A stretch of DNA of 64,000 nucleotides, from positions 9,903-73,902 of the forward strand of contig MEZX01000003.1 of assembly GCA_001774395.1 (NCBI GenBank), written 5' to 3'. Below the pieces are notes generated by a model. It searched no databases. It was not told the DNA's origin and was given only the letters and a program-made list of their open reading frames with translations. Positions 17,094 through 27,090 of the stretch are shown here, one piece after another (the first letter of the stretch is position 1; every line of letters begins with the position of its first letter). Made by a program: the position numbers and the translations under genes. Origin of the DNA: Candidatus Berkelbacteria bacterium RIFCSPLOWO2_01_FULL_50_28 (GTDB taxonomy: Bacteria > Patescibacteriota > UBA1384 > 2-12-FULL-50-11).

Positions 17094-17473
17094 AAGTGCA
17101 GACGGTGGCCGCCTCGCCCCACACAGCTTCGTGTGACGACGGGCGGCCGGATGACGAACGTCGGCTTACTCTTTGTCGTGCCGAGAGCCCTCGGGCAGCC
17201 GAGCGGGACGGCGATTCTTGGCACCCTGCAACAATCTTCTTGGCAGAATGCTGAACCCTCGTATCTCGGAGCGCCGGGAAATAATCCCCATTGCTCTCTT
17301 GCTCGTTGTATGGTCGACAAAGTCTCTTCCGTGTTTACTCAAGAGTTTCCCTCCAATGGTCTCTTACCTAAGCCGGATGTAAACCCGAGCCTAAGAGTAG
17401 CCATCCTAACAGATTGCGGGGGCAGAGTCAACGCGGGTTCTTTGTTTTTTCACGGTGTGTTAACCTGTGATAA

Positions 17474-18064
17474 ATGGCTATCAGCAAAGAAGAGCAGCGA
17501 ATCATCACGCTCGAGCAAGAGATTGCCCGACTGCGTGAACAGCTAACCACCGACGAGTTAACCAAGATACTCAACCGCAAAGGGTTGATGGAGCTGCTAA
17601 AGCCCTGGGCGCGCGAGGTTGGTTTCCAGCTATCTCACCCAGATCGTCGTAAGGCACTAGTTGTTCGGGCGCTATCGCTGGTTTTTGTCGACGTCGATCA
17701 TTTCAAAAAAGTAAACGATACGTTCGGCCACCAAGCTGGGGATCTGGCGCTAAAAAGTATCGCCAAAGTTTTGAAAGAGAACGTCCGCGAGATTGATATC
17801 GTTGGTCGCTACGGCGGCGAAGAGATTGTGCTGGGGTTAATTGGGGCAAACCTGCAAGACTCCCGAAAAATTGCCGAACATTTACGGGTTAAAATCGCCG
17901 AAAGACCGATCAAATACAAAGACGAAATTATTAAAATTACCGCTAGTTTTGGTGTGTCTGCACTCTCAGCCGATCTGAATTTGGATGCACTGATCAAAAA
18001 AGCCGACGAAGCGCTCTACCGCGCCAAAAATTCCGGCCGCAACAAAGTGGTTACGGCCAATTGA
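17474..18064 (+). CDS. GGDEF-domain diguanylate cyclase
   Basis: RYGGEEI (GGEEF variant) and DVDHFKKVND, with an N-terminal coiled-coil. Confidence 0.8.
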   Translation: MAISKEEQRIITLEQEIARLREQLTTDELTKILNRKGLMELLKPWAREVGFQLSHPDRRKALVVRALSLVFVDVDHFKKVNDTFGHQAGDLALKSIAKVLKENVREIDIVGRYGGEEIVLGLIGANLQDSRKIAEHLRVKIAERPIKYKDEIIKITASFGVSALSADLNLDALIKKADEALYRAKNSGRNKVVTAN

Positions 18065-18206
18065 GTCGAAAGGAGTTTTGAGGTAAAATTTGTACTTAGA
18101 GGAAGCACTCGCAACTGCAAAATGCGGAGAAAATTATCCCATTTTTCGTTGCTTCCGTTCGGCAGTTGCAAAACATTCACCGGATGTTTTGCTTAGGTTG
18201 CCTCAT

Positions 18207-18278
18207 AGGCTCGTAGCTCATTGGTAGAGCGTCTCCCTTTTAAGGAGAGCGTAGCGGGTTCGATTCCCGCCGGGCCTA
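18207..18278 (+). tRNA. tRNA-Lys (anticodon TTT)
   Basis: Acceptor aggctcg/cgggcct, anticodon loop cttttaa, T-arm gcgggttcgattcccgc. Confidence 0.8.
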
Positions 18279-18327
18279 CAACAGAACGAATATCGTTGGA
18301 AGCCCAAGGGAAATGACTGAAAGGAGT

Positions 18328-18412
18328 ATTCCCGCCGGGCCTACAGCAGAATGAAATAACTCTTGGAGGACGGGTGGGAACTGAACGAAGTGAAGATTCC
18401 CGCCGGGCCTAC
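18328..18412 (+). repeat. two tandem degenerate repeats of the tRNA-Lys 3' end (attcccgccgggcctac) with about 67-nt periodicity
   Basis: A 17-nt exact match to the tRNA 3' end occurs at 18328-18345 and 18396-18412. The intervening spacers are also related. Confidence 0.7.
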
Positions 18413-19344
18413 TAATCCTTTGGTTTTTGCAAATAATTAAACGCACTTGTTGCGGCGACGGCGCCCATGGCGGCGGCGGTGATGTCTTGTTTGAAATGGC
18501 CAAAGAAGTTGGTGGAGTCACCGGCGGCATAAATCCCCGGGATGTTGGTTTCCATTTCGTTATTGACCGCGATATAACCGTAATCATCGAGTTTGACATC
18601 CAGTTTCGTTGCCAGTGCCATCTCCGGTACGGCGCCAATTTCCACGAACAAGCCGTCCAAAACAAACTCTTTGCCTTCCTTGGTTCTGACGCCAGTTAGC
18701 CGATCGTTGCCGAGTAGCTCGACGATTTCGGTTTCAAGATGGACCTCCACTTTGCCTGAATTAATAAATGGCTGTAATCGAGCCATATTGACCGGCTCGG
18801 GTTTGAGTGAGTTTGTAATTTCAATAATGTGAATTTTCTCCGCATACTGGACGGCCAAATTTGCTCCTTTGATCGCCGCATCACCGCCGCCAACGATGCC
18901 GATAGTTTTACCTTTATAGAGCGGGCCGTCGCAGGTGGTGCAGTAATGAACGCCTTTGCCCAGGGCAAAATCATCTTCTTTCGGTAGCTTTAATTTGCGC
19001 CTCGCAGCGCCGTGAGCAAAAAGTAAAGTTTTAGCGGCTACAGTCTGACCCGACTCAGTTCCTAGGCTGAATGTTTCGCCTGTTTTGTCTACCGAAATAA
19101 CTTTATCGTGAAGTACTTTGGCACCCAAAGATTCGGCTTGGTCCTTCACTTTCATAATCAAATCGTACCCGTCGATTTCTTTATATCCCGGGTAGTTTTC
19201 AATTGTCCAAGCAGAAGCCGTTGCGCCACCTGGCTCGTCGCCAATTATTACCGTTCTCATCTCGTAACGGCCCGCATAAATTGCGGCCGACAGTCCGGCC
19301 ATGCCGGAACCAATAATCGCGATGTCAAATTGGATGTCACTCAT
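18412..19344 (-). CDS. trxB: thioredoxin-disulfide reductase
   Basis: GSGMAGLSAA FAD motif, CTTCDG redox centre and GGGDAA NADPH motif. Confidence 0.85.
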   Translation of the reverse strand: MSDIQFDIAIIGSGMAGLSAAIYAGRYEMRTVIIGDEPGGATASAWTIENYPGYKEIDGYDLIMKVKDQAESLGAKVLHDKVISVDKTGETFSLGTESGQTVAAKTLLFAHGAARRKLKLPKEDDFALGKGVHYCTTCDGPLYKGKTIGIVGGGDAAIKGANLAVQYAEKIHIIEITNSLKPEPVNMARLQPFINSGKVEVHLETEIVELLGNDRLTGVRTKEGKEFVLDGLFVEIGAVPEMALATKLDVKLDDYGYIAVNNEMETNIPGIYAAGDSTNFFGHFKQDITAAAMGAVAATSAFNYLQKPKD

Positions 19345-19425
19345 CAGTCCATAAAACATACTAGTTTTTCTACACACGTTCAAACCTCGTTGTCTTTGCC
19401 GCGAAGAGCTTGTTACAATGACCCA

Positions 19426-19926
19426 ATGGGTAAGGCCATTCGAAACACCTTTTTCACGGTACTTGTTATTGCCTCAACAGCGGCGGCGGTTGGCTGGGAT
19501 CGTCAGCAGACGCGCAATAATGACCCGATAGTTATTAGCGAGCGAGTGCTAACGTCCCCAGTGACAACAGAGGAATCGCTCAGCTTGCCCCTAACTCTCA
19601 GACTCACTCGTCCTTACGTTAAGCTGGGGCAGATCCAGAGCATTCTTGTAAAAACAGTGCCTTTTGCAAGGTTAAAAGTTGTGGTTATCAATCCCGACGG
19701 TCGGGTCAACAGCACCCAAACTGTTCAAGCAGCCGCCGACGAACTTGGCGAGTACGTCTCCCGTTTCAAGCTCAACGATTTCCATGATCTCGGTGTCTTT
19801 CAAGTTGTTGTCGAGGCTAATCTTGATACCCAGGTGTCGCGGGTGAAAGCCAATTTTGTCCTGCAAAGTTGGACCGACCCGATCGAGCCACAGGACGCTG
19901 GTTACATCTACCCCCTTGTGCCGTAA
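19426..19926 (+). CDS. hypothetical secreted protein
   Basis: Internal Met with a signal/TM segment (FFTVLVIASTAAAV). The upstream part of ORF 19108 overlaps trxB and is likely spurious. Confidence 0.4.
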   Translation: MGKAIRNTFFTVLVIASTAAAVGWDRQQTRNNDPIVISERVLTSPVTTEESLSLPLTLRLTRPYVKLGQIQSILVKTVPFARLKVVVINPDGRVNSTQTVQAAADELGEYVSRFKLNDFHDLGVFQVVVEANLDTQVSRVKANFVLQSWTDPIEPQDAGYIYPLVP

Positions 19927-19961
19927 GCCCAAGTGCGTTAAGAATTACAGGTGTCAATTTG

Positions 19962-20918
19962 ATGAAACATTATCCTAAAGTTGTGGCAATTGGCGGAGGT
20001 ACAGGTTTAGCAACGCTGTTGCGAGGTTTGAAATACTACCCCGTGAGTTTGTCTGGAATTGTCACGATGACCGATAACGGCGCCTCCTCGGGCCGACTCT
20101 CGCGCGAAATGGGCACTCTGCCGCCGGGGGATGTGCGCAAATGCTTGGCGGCACTCTCCAGCGACGAGACGCTGATGACGAAACTCTTTGAGTATCGATT
20201 CGATCGCGGTCGCGGATTGTCGGGGCATTCGTTGGGCAATCTGCTGCTGTTGGCGCTCTCGGACTTAACGGGTGATTTTGAATCCGCCATCGAAGCATGT
20301 GGCAAGATCCTGTCGATCAAAGGAGAGGTTATCCCCTCAACTTACGATCACGTGAGCCTGGTTGCGGAACTGAAGAACGGCCTGCAGGCTCTGGGGGAAG
20401 TTGAGATACCAATTCTCGGACACCGTTTTGGCATAAAGAGCTTGTCACTTCTGCCGCCAGATGCTGGTGCTAACCCAACCGCCTTGCGGTTTATTGAAAG
20501 CGCCGATCTGATCCTAATCGGACCGGGTAGCCTATACACCAGCATTCTACCTAACTTCTTAATCAAAGACCTGCGTCGGTCTTTTAAGAAATCGACGGCC
20601 GTAAAGTACTACATCGCCAACGTCTCTACGGAGCGCGGCGAGACGGAAAAGTTCAGTATCGAAGATCATGTTGCCGCGCTGCGAGAACATATCGGTTCAT
20701 CCCGGCTTGACGGAGTGATTGTTAACACAAAAATTTTAAGTAGCTCAAAATCCGAGGGTAACTTAGGCAGTGTGCGTAACATCACCTCGGAAGGAAAAAC
20801 GGTCGCGGGAGTGCCAGTAATGGCAACTGATATTGTCGACGAGAAAAATCCGCTTCACCACGATCATAAAAAGTTGGCGGCCGCAATCTGGCAGGCTTTT
20901 ATCAGCCAAGACACTTAA
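19962..20918 (+). CDS. YvcK/CofD-like gluconeogenesis factor family protein
   Basis: KVVAIGGGTGL...MTDNGASSGRLR...LPPGDVRKCL signature. Confidence 0.75.
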   Translation: MKHYPKVVAIGGGTGLATLLRGLKYYPVSLSGIVTMTDNGASSGRLSREMGTLPPGDVRKCLAALSSDETLMTKLFEYRFDRGRGLSGHSLGNLLLLALSDLTGDFESAIEACGKILSIKGEVIPSTYDHVSLVAELKNGLQALGEVEIPILGHRFGIKSLSLLPPDAGANPTALRFIESADLILIGPGSLYTSILPNFLIKDLRRSFKKSTAVKYYIANVSTERGETEKFSIEDHVAALREHIGSSRLDGVIVNTKILSSSKSEGNLGSVRNITSEGKTVAGVPVMATDIVDEKNPLHHDHKKLAAAIWQAFISQDT

Positions 20919-21811
20919 CGTTTATCGTCAATTATCGCGCCGGTCTTTGGGTTTATCGACAGCTTAACCGTCAACGGACTAGCCGGAATTCGTTTAATAA
21001 AACCGGTCGTCACGAGCTCTGGCAAGCTGTCGGGAACGCGGGAATTCACCCGACGGAATTTTTTCACCGCGTCCTCTAATTCAAAAACTATCTTCAAGTG
21101 AGCAACGTATTTGGCGGCCCGCTCCTTAACAAAAGCCGAATCGGTCGTTTGATAAACGGTCCTGAATATCTCGTAGGCTAGTTTTCGCTCGTCACCTAGA
21201 TTGTAATATATTCCAACGAATAGCTTGACGATCGGCGGCGCACCCGGCAAGACGGCGGCTTTTTTGAACTCCCGAGCCGCATTGATGTAGTCCTTCTTTT
21301 GCATATGGTAGACGAGCCCGGTGTAGTACGGCATTTCCCAGGATTCGGGCAGGTTTTTCTCGCCCTTTTTGCCAAGAGCAATGGCTTCGTCGACAAATCC
21401 CTCACCGGGCAAAATTATCAGTCCGGTCTGGTAAGCCTGGGTGAATTTCGGCGAGAGATCTGTAACCAGGTTGAAGAGCTCGGCTAGTTTGCGATATTTA
21501 CCGTACGGATCGCCGCCGCCGTAGTACTGAATCGTCTTTAGCCAGTAGTAGTCGGCAACAAACTCGGTAGCGCCGAAACTGACGGCACGGGCCAATACTG
21601 GGGAAAGCGGTTGGGGCTCGATGTACTGATTAAAAGAAACGTTAATTTTTGGGTCGCCGTATCGTCGCCAGGTATCGTAACGAATCTGGACAACGTAAGT
21701 TAGTACTAGCGCTACAATAATTAGTAAGACCGAGAAGCGCTGGAAGGAGAAAAATCGAGACCCTTCGGCTTCGCTCAGGGTAAAAGATCTAGACGATTTT
21801 TTAGAATTCAT
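20915..21811 (-). CDS. membrane-anchored hypothetical protein (TPR-like)
   Basis: N-terminal TM helix. No confident domain. Confidence 0.45.
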   Translation of the reverse strand: MNSKKSSRSFTLSEAEGSRFFSFQRFSVLLIIVALVLTYVVQIRYDTWRRYGDPKINVSFNQYIEPQPLSPVLARAVSFGATEFVADYYWLKTIQYYGGGDPYGKYRKLAELFNLVTDLSPKFTQAYQTGLIILPGEGFVDEAIALGKKGEKNLPESWEMPYYTGLVYHMQKKDYINAAREFKKAAVLPGAPPIVKLFVGIYYNLGDERKLAYEIFRTVYQTTDSAFVKERAAKYVAHLKIVFELEDAVKKFRRVNSRVPDSLPELVTTGFIKRIPASPLTVKLSINPKTGAIIDDKR

Positions 21812-22565
21812 GGCGACGAAACGCAGCCATTCCCAGTAACAGCACGGCGACGGTGTAGGCAACGAAATAGAGTAGAATCATCACCATCTGTCCGGCTTCG
21901 GGCTGAAAGCTAAAGGCCACTTCATTGCGTAGGTTAAACTTTTCTAAGTTCGGGAAAACATAATATACAGACTCCAGAACGTAGCGGACTGCGGGCGTGG
22001 CCTTCTTGGCCATCAGCCAAATTGTTGTACTGGAGTGGCCGATCAGGGCGAGGCAGAAGGTGTAAATTGCACTTGCAAGCGGCGTAGTGAAACTACTGAA
22101 AAGTAGCCCCACGGCCGTTAGCAACCAGGCTTCCAGGATAACTAGAAGGATTGCTAAAGCGGCGATGAAGTTAAAAGCATGGGTTTTGAAGGCCATAATC
22201 GAGAGGAAGATTACGCCCATTATCACTCCCGAAACCAGCAGAGTTAAACATAATCCAAAGAATTTTCCCAGATAAAATGCTTCTCGCGAAACAGGTTTAC
22301 TCAAGACGAGGTAGACTGTTTTACGCTCGATCTCTCGCCACACCAACTGCGTACCGATAAATAGAGTAATAATCAGCTCAAACACCAGAATGGCAGTTAG
22401 GCTGAAATCTCCAATTACTCGGACGTCTTGGCCGAGCGAGACCGACCCGGCCAACAGGCTGGCGGCGACCGTTAGGACCGCAAAGGCAATCAAAGAATAG
22501 AAAATCCGATCGCGAATAGTCTCGCGGAAAGTGTTAAGAGCGATTGTTTTGATGGTTTTAATCAT
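21801..22565 (-). CDS. ABC-2 family transporter permease
   Basis: Six predicted TM helices. It overlaps the upstream ATPase gene. Confidence 0.65.
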   Translation of the reverse strand: MIKTIKTIALNTFRETIRDRIFYSLIAFAVLTVAASLLAGSVSLGQDVRVIGDFSLTAILVFELIITLFIGTQLVWREIERKTVYLVLSKPVSREAFYLGKFFGLCLTLLVSGVIMGVIFLSIMAFKTHAFNFIAALAILLVILEAWLLTAVGLLFSSFTTPLASAIYTFCLALIGHSSTTIWLMAKKATPAVRYVLESVYYVFPNLEKFNLRNEVAFSFQPEAGQMVMILLYFVAYTVAVLLLGMAAFRRHEF

Positions 22566-23283
22566 CGTAGCGAATTGTCTCAACAAACATCTCCTCGAGG
22601 GTTTTGTAGCTACTTCCAATTAGCTTTTTCGGCATCCCTTGGCGGATTATCTTTCCGTTATTCAATATAGCAATCTCATCACAGATCTCTTCGACGTCGG
22701 CAAGAATATGTGAGCTGAAAAATATTGTGGCGCCGCGTCTTTTTAGGTCAAGAAGGAGTTTCTTGAAGTCGAGCCGCCCAAGCGGATCGAGCCCGTCGAG
22801 CGGTTCGTCCAGAACCAGCAGTTTCGGCTCGTTAATCAACGCAACAGCAAACGCCAGGCGCTGAAGCATTCCCTTGGAGAATTTTCTTACCGGCAACTTA
22901 CTGGAAGAACCAAGACCAACTTTCTGCAGCAGGTCTTTGGTGCGCTTTTTGATGATTTTTTCATCTAAATCGAATAAGTTTCCCGCGAAATCCATCACTT
23001 CGGCGGCATTTAAGTGGTTATAAAACTGCGGATTCTCCGGCATAAAACCAATCAAACGCTTGGCTTCGAGGCTATCTGAGGGCAGATTTTGAACTGTCGA
23101 TGTGCCCGAATCAGGAAAAAGCAAGCCGACAATCATTTTTACCGTCGTGGTTTTGCCAGCGCCGTTGGGGCCAAGAAACCCGAAAACCTGTCCTTTTTTC
23201 ACCGTCAGTGAGATGCCGTTAATCACCTTTGTTTCGCTGGTTCGGGTAAAATAGGTTTTGTGGATATTTTCAAGGATTAGCAT
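22558..23283 (-). CDS. ABC transporter ATP-binding protein
   Basis: Walker A GPNGAGKTT, signature LSKGMLQRLAFA, Walker B LLVLDEP. Confidence 0.85.
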   Translation of the reverse strand: MLILENIHKTYFTRTSETKVINGISLTVKKGQVFGFLGPNGAGKTTTVKMIVGLLFPDSGTSTVQNLPSDSLEAKRLIGFMPENPQFYNHLNAAEVMDFAGNLFDLDEKIIKKRTKDLLQKVGLGSSSKLPVRKFSKGMLQRLAFAVALINEPKLLVLDEPLDGLDPLGRLDFKKLLLDLKRRGATIFFSSHILADVEEICDEIAILNNGKIIRQGMPKKLIGSSYKTLEEMFVETIRYDD

Positions 23284-23311
23284 CTTGTAAAACCTACCAT
23301 ATAATTAACCA

Positions 23312-24073
23312 ATGAAGCAAAGCAAGGGTCGGATGGTTGCCGTTGTTGGGCCAACGGGAAGTGGCAAAACAAAATTAGCGATTCACCTGGCCAAGAAGTT
23401 CAATGGGGTGATAATCTCGGCCGACTCGCGGCAGGTTTATCGTGGGCTGGATATTGGCACTAACAAAGAGGGTACACCTGGCAGGTGTGATGACCAACCC
23501 TGCCGAACCATCGACGGAATTGGGCAACTGCTGATCGATATTGTCGATCCGGGCGAGCGCTTCACTCTCCACGACTGGTTATTACAGGCACGTTATTGGT
23601 TAGAACCGATAATGGAAAAGGGACAATTACCAATAATTGTTGGCGGCACCGGGCTGTATGTGACGGCGCTACTGGAGGGCTACAAATTGGGCGGCGGTCG
23701 CGGCGCTAAAAACAATCAAGCGGTCGATTTTGAGTCACTGATACTAATGCCGGACATCGACAGGGTAGTTTTGAATGAGAAGTCTGACAAGCGTTTTGTA
23801 AAAATTTTTGACGATTTAATCGCTGAGACAAAGCGGTTACTAGAAAGCGGCGTTTCGGACGAGTGGCTTGAAAAAATCGGTCTCGACTATCGATACGCCC
23901 ACCGAAATGTCTCCGGACAATTAAGCCGCAAGGAAGCGATTGAGCAATTTCAGACTGCCAGCCGTCAGTACATCCGCCGACAGATAACCTGGTGGCGGCA
24001 TCACGGAAAAGTACACACCCCCGCAAGTGCGGCAGAAGCAAGTAGCCTGGTGTCTCGATTTCTAAAGGGTTGA
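23312..24073 (+). CDS. miaA: tRNA dimethylallyltransferase
   Basis: GPTGSGKT P-loop and ISADSRQVYRGLDIGT. Confidence 0.8.
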   Translation: MKQSKGRMVAVVGPTGSGKTKLAIHLAKKFNGVIISADSRQVYRGLDIGTNKEGTPGRCDDQPCRTIDGIGQLLIDIVDPGERFTLHDWLLQARYWLEPIMEKGQLPIIVGGTGLYVTALLEGYKLGGGRGAKNNQAVDFESLILMPDIDRVVLNEKSDKRFVKIFDDLIAETKRLLESGVSDEWLEKIGLDYRYAHRNVSGQLSRKEAIEQFQTASRQYIRRQITWWRHHGKVHTPASAAEASSLVSRFLKG

Positions 24074-24195
24074 GCCGGCTATCCTTCCCTGGACCACCGG
24101 CTCGTCAGGATGAGGGAATGCCACGGTTGAACACTCCGAATGCATTGTAGCATTTCTTGAAACTGGCCAAATTTAGGCTAAATTGAAGTTATGGA

Positions 24196-24852
24196 TTGGA
24201 GGGGGAATTGAAGTGTCCGGTTTGTGGCGGCGAATTTGACGGCGTAACTTTTCGCTCGCGCTCAGGCTCGTCGATTTACGCTAAACGGTGCAATCAGTGC
24301 AGCGGTTTTTGGTTTGAAAGAGAACCGGCATCCGACCTCGAGCTTTCTTCGGTGTTAGAACAAGATTCTGCTTCCGCAAATTACTCGATGAAAAATACCG
24401 ATCTTGTTTGTCCGCAGGATCAGTCGCTTTTGGAAGAAGTTGACAGCAGTGAGCTGCCGGCGGGCAGTCGCTACTGGCGCTGCAACGACTGCGACGGCAG
24501 TTTTTACCCCAAAGGCCAGCTCGCTACGCTCTCGGAATGGCGCGCTAAAAATTCCGCCCACGTCTCAGGGGGCCCATTGAAACCAAATGTGGCGATTTCG
24601 TCGGTGCTGGTAGTCGCTTTGGTTGGGCTAGTGGGTGCCTCGGCGGGGAAGATTAGCGGTTTTTCTGCCGCGACAGATCAAGTGTTGCCGACCCTTGGAC
24701 CAAGTCTGGGGACACTAATTCTGCTGGCAGTTACCTATGTAGCCGGAACGATCCTGGCAATTTTAGGCCGCAAGGTGGCCGTGGTAGCCATGGGTTGGGG
24801 CGTTATTTCCATCTGTTTGGTTGGTTTTTTCGTGGTAATCTTTGGACCATAG
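24196..24852 (+). CDS. zinc-ribbon domain membrane protein
   Basis: CPVCGG...CNQC and CNDCDG Zn-ribbon pairs, with 2-3 C-terminal TM helices. Confidence 0.5.
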   Translation: MEGELKCPVCGGEFDGVTFRSRSGSSIYAKRCNQCSGFWFEREPASDLELSSVLEQDSASANYSMKNTDLVCPQDQSLLEEVDSSELPAGSRYWRCNDCDGSFYPKGQLATLSEWRAKNSAHVSGGPLKPNVAISSVLVVALVGLVGASAGKISGFSAATDQVLPTLGPSLGTLILLAVTYVAGTILAILGRKVAVVAMGWGVISICLVGFFVVIFGP

Positions 24853-24988
24853 CCATGGGTAATTATCGAATATTCTAATTATCAAATAACCAAAAAATGA
24901 CGAAACCACTAAATCATCAACTTTTGGAGATTAGTACATTTGGAAATTTTTCGATGATTTGGTTATTCGAAAATTTGGTTATTCTGTA

Positions 24989-26506
24989 ATGGCTTTGGCC
25001 AAAATTCGCAGTGCGGTGGTCAGCGGAATTAGTGCTACCGCAGTCGAAGTAGAGGTTGATGTTGCATCCGGTCTGCCGGGGTTTATTATTGTTGGTTTAG
25101 CTGATAAGGCAGTAGAAGAGTCGCGCGAGCGAGTGCGTAGCGCTATCAAACACTCCGGCTTTAGCTTTCCGCTGTCACGTATTACCGTCCATTTGGCGCC
25201 TTCGGAGAAGAAAAAAAGCGGTGTTCATTTTGATCTGCCCATTGCCTTGGCAATTCTTGTGGCCGACGGCCAGCTGAAGACTAAAACCCTTCCTACCAAC
25301 GCCTTGTTCCTTGGGGGTCTGTCGCTCGACGGCCGAACTCAGGCAATCAACGGCACGCTCGTGCTGGTGGAGTGGGCACGGAACAACGGGTTTGATCGAG
25401 TGGTACTGCCAAGTGAGAATTACGAAGAGTCGTTACTTGTTGAGGGCATCGACCTAGTCCCAGTTTCTTCCTTAAACGAGGTAGCCGAGCTGATATTGCA
25501 CGACACCCTACCGCCCAAACCCACTCCGTCTCTGCGACATGCCGAAGAAGATCATTCAACCGACTGGTTGCAAATCCAGGGACAAGAAAAAGCCAAGCGG
25601 GCTGCGGTAATCTCGGCTGCCGGCGGTCACAATCTGCTAATGGAAGGGCCGCCCGGGGCCGGCAAGACGCTGATTGCCAGAGGTATTAGGGCGCTACTAC
25701 CCGCTCTAAATCGGGATGAGAAAATTGAAGTTGTGAAAGTTCACAGCGTTGCCGGCGAGCTTGACCGAAGTGCGCCGGTTGATTCGATCGGTCGGCCGTT
25801 TCGCTCGCCGCATCACACCGCGAGCCATATCTCGATTGTTGGCGGCGGCACACATCCGCGGCCGGGTGAGATATCGCTGGCTCATCACGGAGTCCTGTTT
25901 CTGGATGAGCTACCAGAGTTTAATCGCTTGGTGACGGAATCGTTGCGTCAGCCGTTGGAGGACGCCGAAATTAATGTGGCTCGGGTTAACGAGTCGGTTC
26001 GTTATCCGGCCAATTTTATGCTGGTAGCGACGATGAACCCCTGTCCGTGCGGCTGGTTTGGGTCGGCTACTCACGAATGCATCTGTAGCGCTCACGCGAT
26101 TAGTCAGTATCGCAAGAAAATTTCTGGCCCGATTATGGACCGCATTGATATTTACCTAAACGTGCCGGCTCTGCCGATCGCAAAACTCCAGAATCCCGAG
26201 TCTCATTCGAAGGAGCTCCAGACCTTGCGTCAGCTGATCGCCCAAGCCCAAGATTTGGCTCGCCAACGTAACGGCAAAGTACTTAACGGTCGGATTTCTC
26301 CGGCTAGTATTTCCAAAATCTGCCAGACCGATCCGGCAGCGGCGAAACTCATCGAACAAGCAGGGGATAAATTCGGTCTCACCGGTCGCGGCTATCATAA
26401 ATTACTGCGAGTCGCTCGAACAATTGCCGATTTGAACCACCACGAGAATATCGGAGTTTCGGAAGCCGCCGAGGCGCTGCAGTATCGCTTCAACCGAGCC
26501 AGCTAG
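24989..26506 (+). CDS. comM: YifB/ComM family Mg-chelatase-like AAA ATPase
   Basis: N-terminal Lon-like domain, Walker A GPPGAGKT, and the C-terminal ChlI domain. Confidence 0.8.
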   Translation: MALAKIRSAVVSGISATAVEVEVDVASGLPGFIIVGLADKAVEESRERVRSAIKHSGFSFPLSRITVHLAPSEKKKSGVHFDLPIALAILVADGQLKTKTLPTNALFLGGLSLDGRTQAINGTLVLVEWARNNGFDRVVLPSENYEESLLVEGIDLVPVSSLNEVAELILHDTLPPKPTPSLRHAEEDHSTDWLQIQGQEKAKRAAVISAAGGHNLLMEGPPGAGKTLIARGIRALLPALNRDEKIEVVKVHSVAGELDRSAPVDSIGRPFRSPHHTASHISIVGGGTHPRPGEISLAHHGVLFLDELPEFNRLVTESLRQPLEDAEINVARVNESVRYPANFMLVATMNPCPCGWFGSATHECICSAHAISQYRKKISGPIMDRIDIYLNVPALPIAKLQNPESHSKELQTLRQLIAQAQDLARQRNGKVLNGRISPASISKICQTDPAAAKLIEQAGDKFGLTGRGYHKLLRVARTIADLNHHENIGVSEAAEALQYRFNRAS

Positions 26507-26823
26507 TTGCTAAGACGAAGCGTTTCGTACACCCAGTTACCAAGTTGAGTGTCGTAGGGAGTTGTTCGTTTGGTGATCACTGCTCCGATAAACAGCACGG
26601 CGATTATCGCCACGCAAAACATTGTTCGTTTCAGTCCAGTGACGGCCGGTGTTTTGATCGATACGTCGTCGTGGCTTTCGACAATCGCGGTTTCTGTTTG
26701 AGGCGCTGTAACAATCGCCGCGCTCGGTTCGGCAAAGCTTACCACCGAACCTTGATTGATCTGCTGAAGTTGGATCTTTTTAGCCAACTGCGCTTGGAAT
26801 TTTTTCTTGTTTTTCTTAGACAT
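26503..26823 (-). CDS. small lysine-rich membrane-anchored protein
   Basis: Internal Met MSKKNKKK, with a single C-terminal TM helix. Confidence 0.4.
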   Translation of the reverse strand: MSKKNKKKFQAQLAKKIQLQQINQGSVVSFAEPSAAIVTAPQTETAIVESHDDVSIKTPAVTGLKRTMFCVAIIAVLFIGAVITKRTTPYDTQLGNWVYETLRLSN

Positions 26824-26850
26824 CGAGGATATCTTAGGGTTCTTTTTGTC

Positions 26851-27090
26851 CAAACACAAGGCAATTTTGTGGGGGCCGGGGGCCTAGTTGCCGTTCGACG
26901 CTGCTCACGGTGCCGAGCGAAGTCGAGGCACGAAGCGGCCCCGAGGCCCCCACACCCCCTGCCCCGCACGCTTGCCCCAGGCGGGTGGAGAAAACTGGCT
27001 CCTCGCCACCGGAAGGATCTCGCTATCGCTCCGGCTTTCGCAAAGCGAAAGCCGCTGTGGCAGTCGCCGGTTTTCGGTTGATTTTATAGT
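26851..27090 (-). ncRNA. structured RNA element, copy B (homolog of 15638-15815), sitting as the leader of the minus-strand gene 26823
   Basis: The reverse complement aligns with copy A over about 110 nt at high identity, then with covarying stems. Copy B has a larger loop in the distal hairpin. Confidence 0.45.

Noticed and set aside
18260-18412. Mini-CRISPR array (three 17-nt repeats at about 67-nt spacing)
   Set aside because: The repeat is the exact 3' end of the adjacent tRNA-Lys. The spacers are related to one another. There are only three units and no cas genes. I interpret it as att-site duplication.
19108-19425. N-terminal 106 residues of ORF 19108-19926
   Set aside because: Antisense overlap with the well-supported trxB gene. 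A signal-peptide-bearing start at 19426 explains the downstream part.
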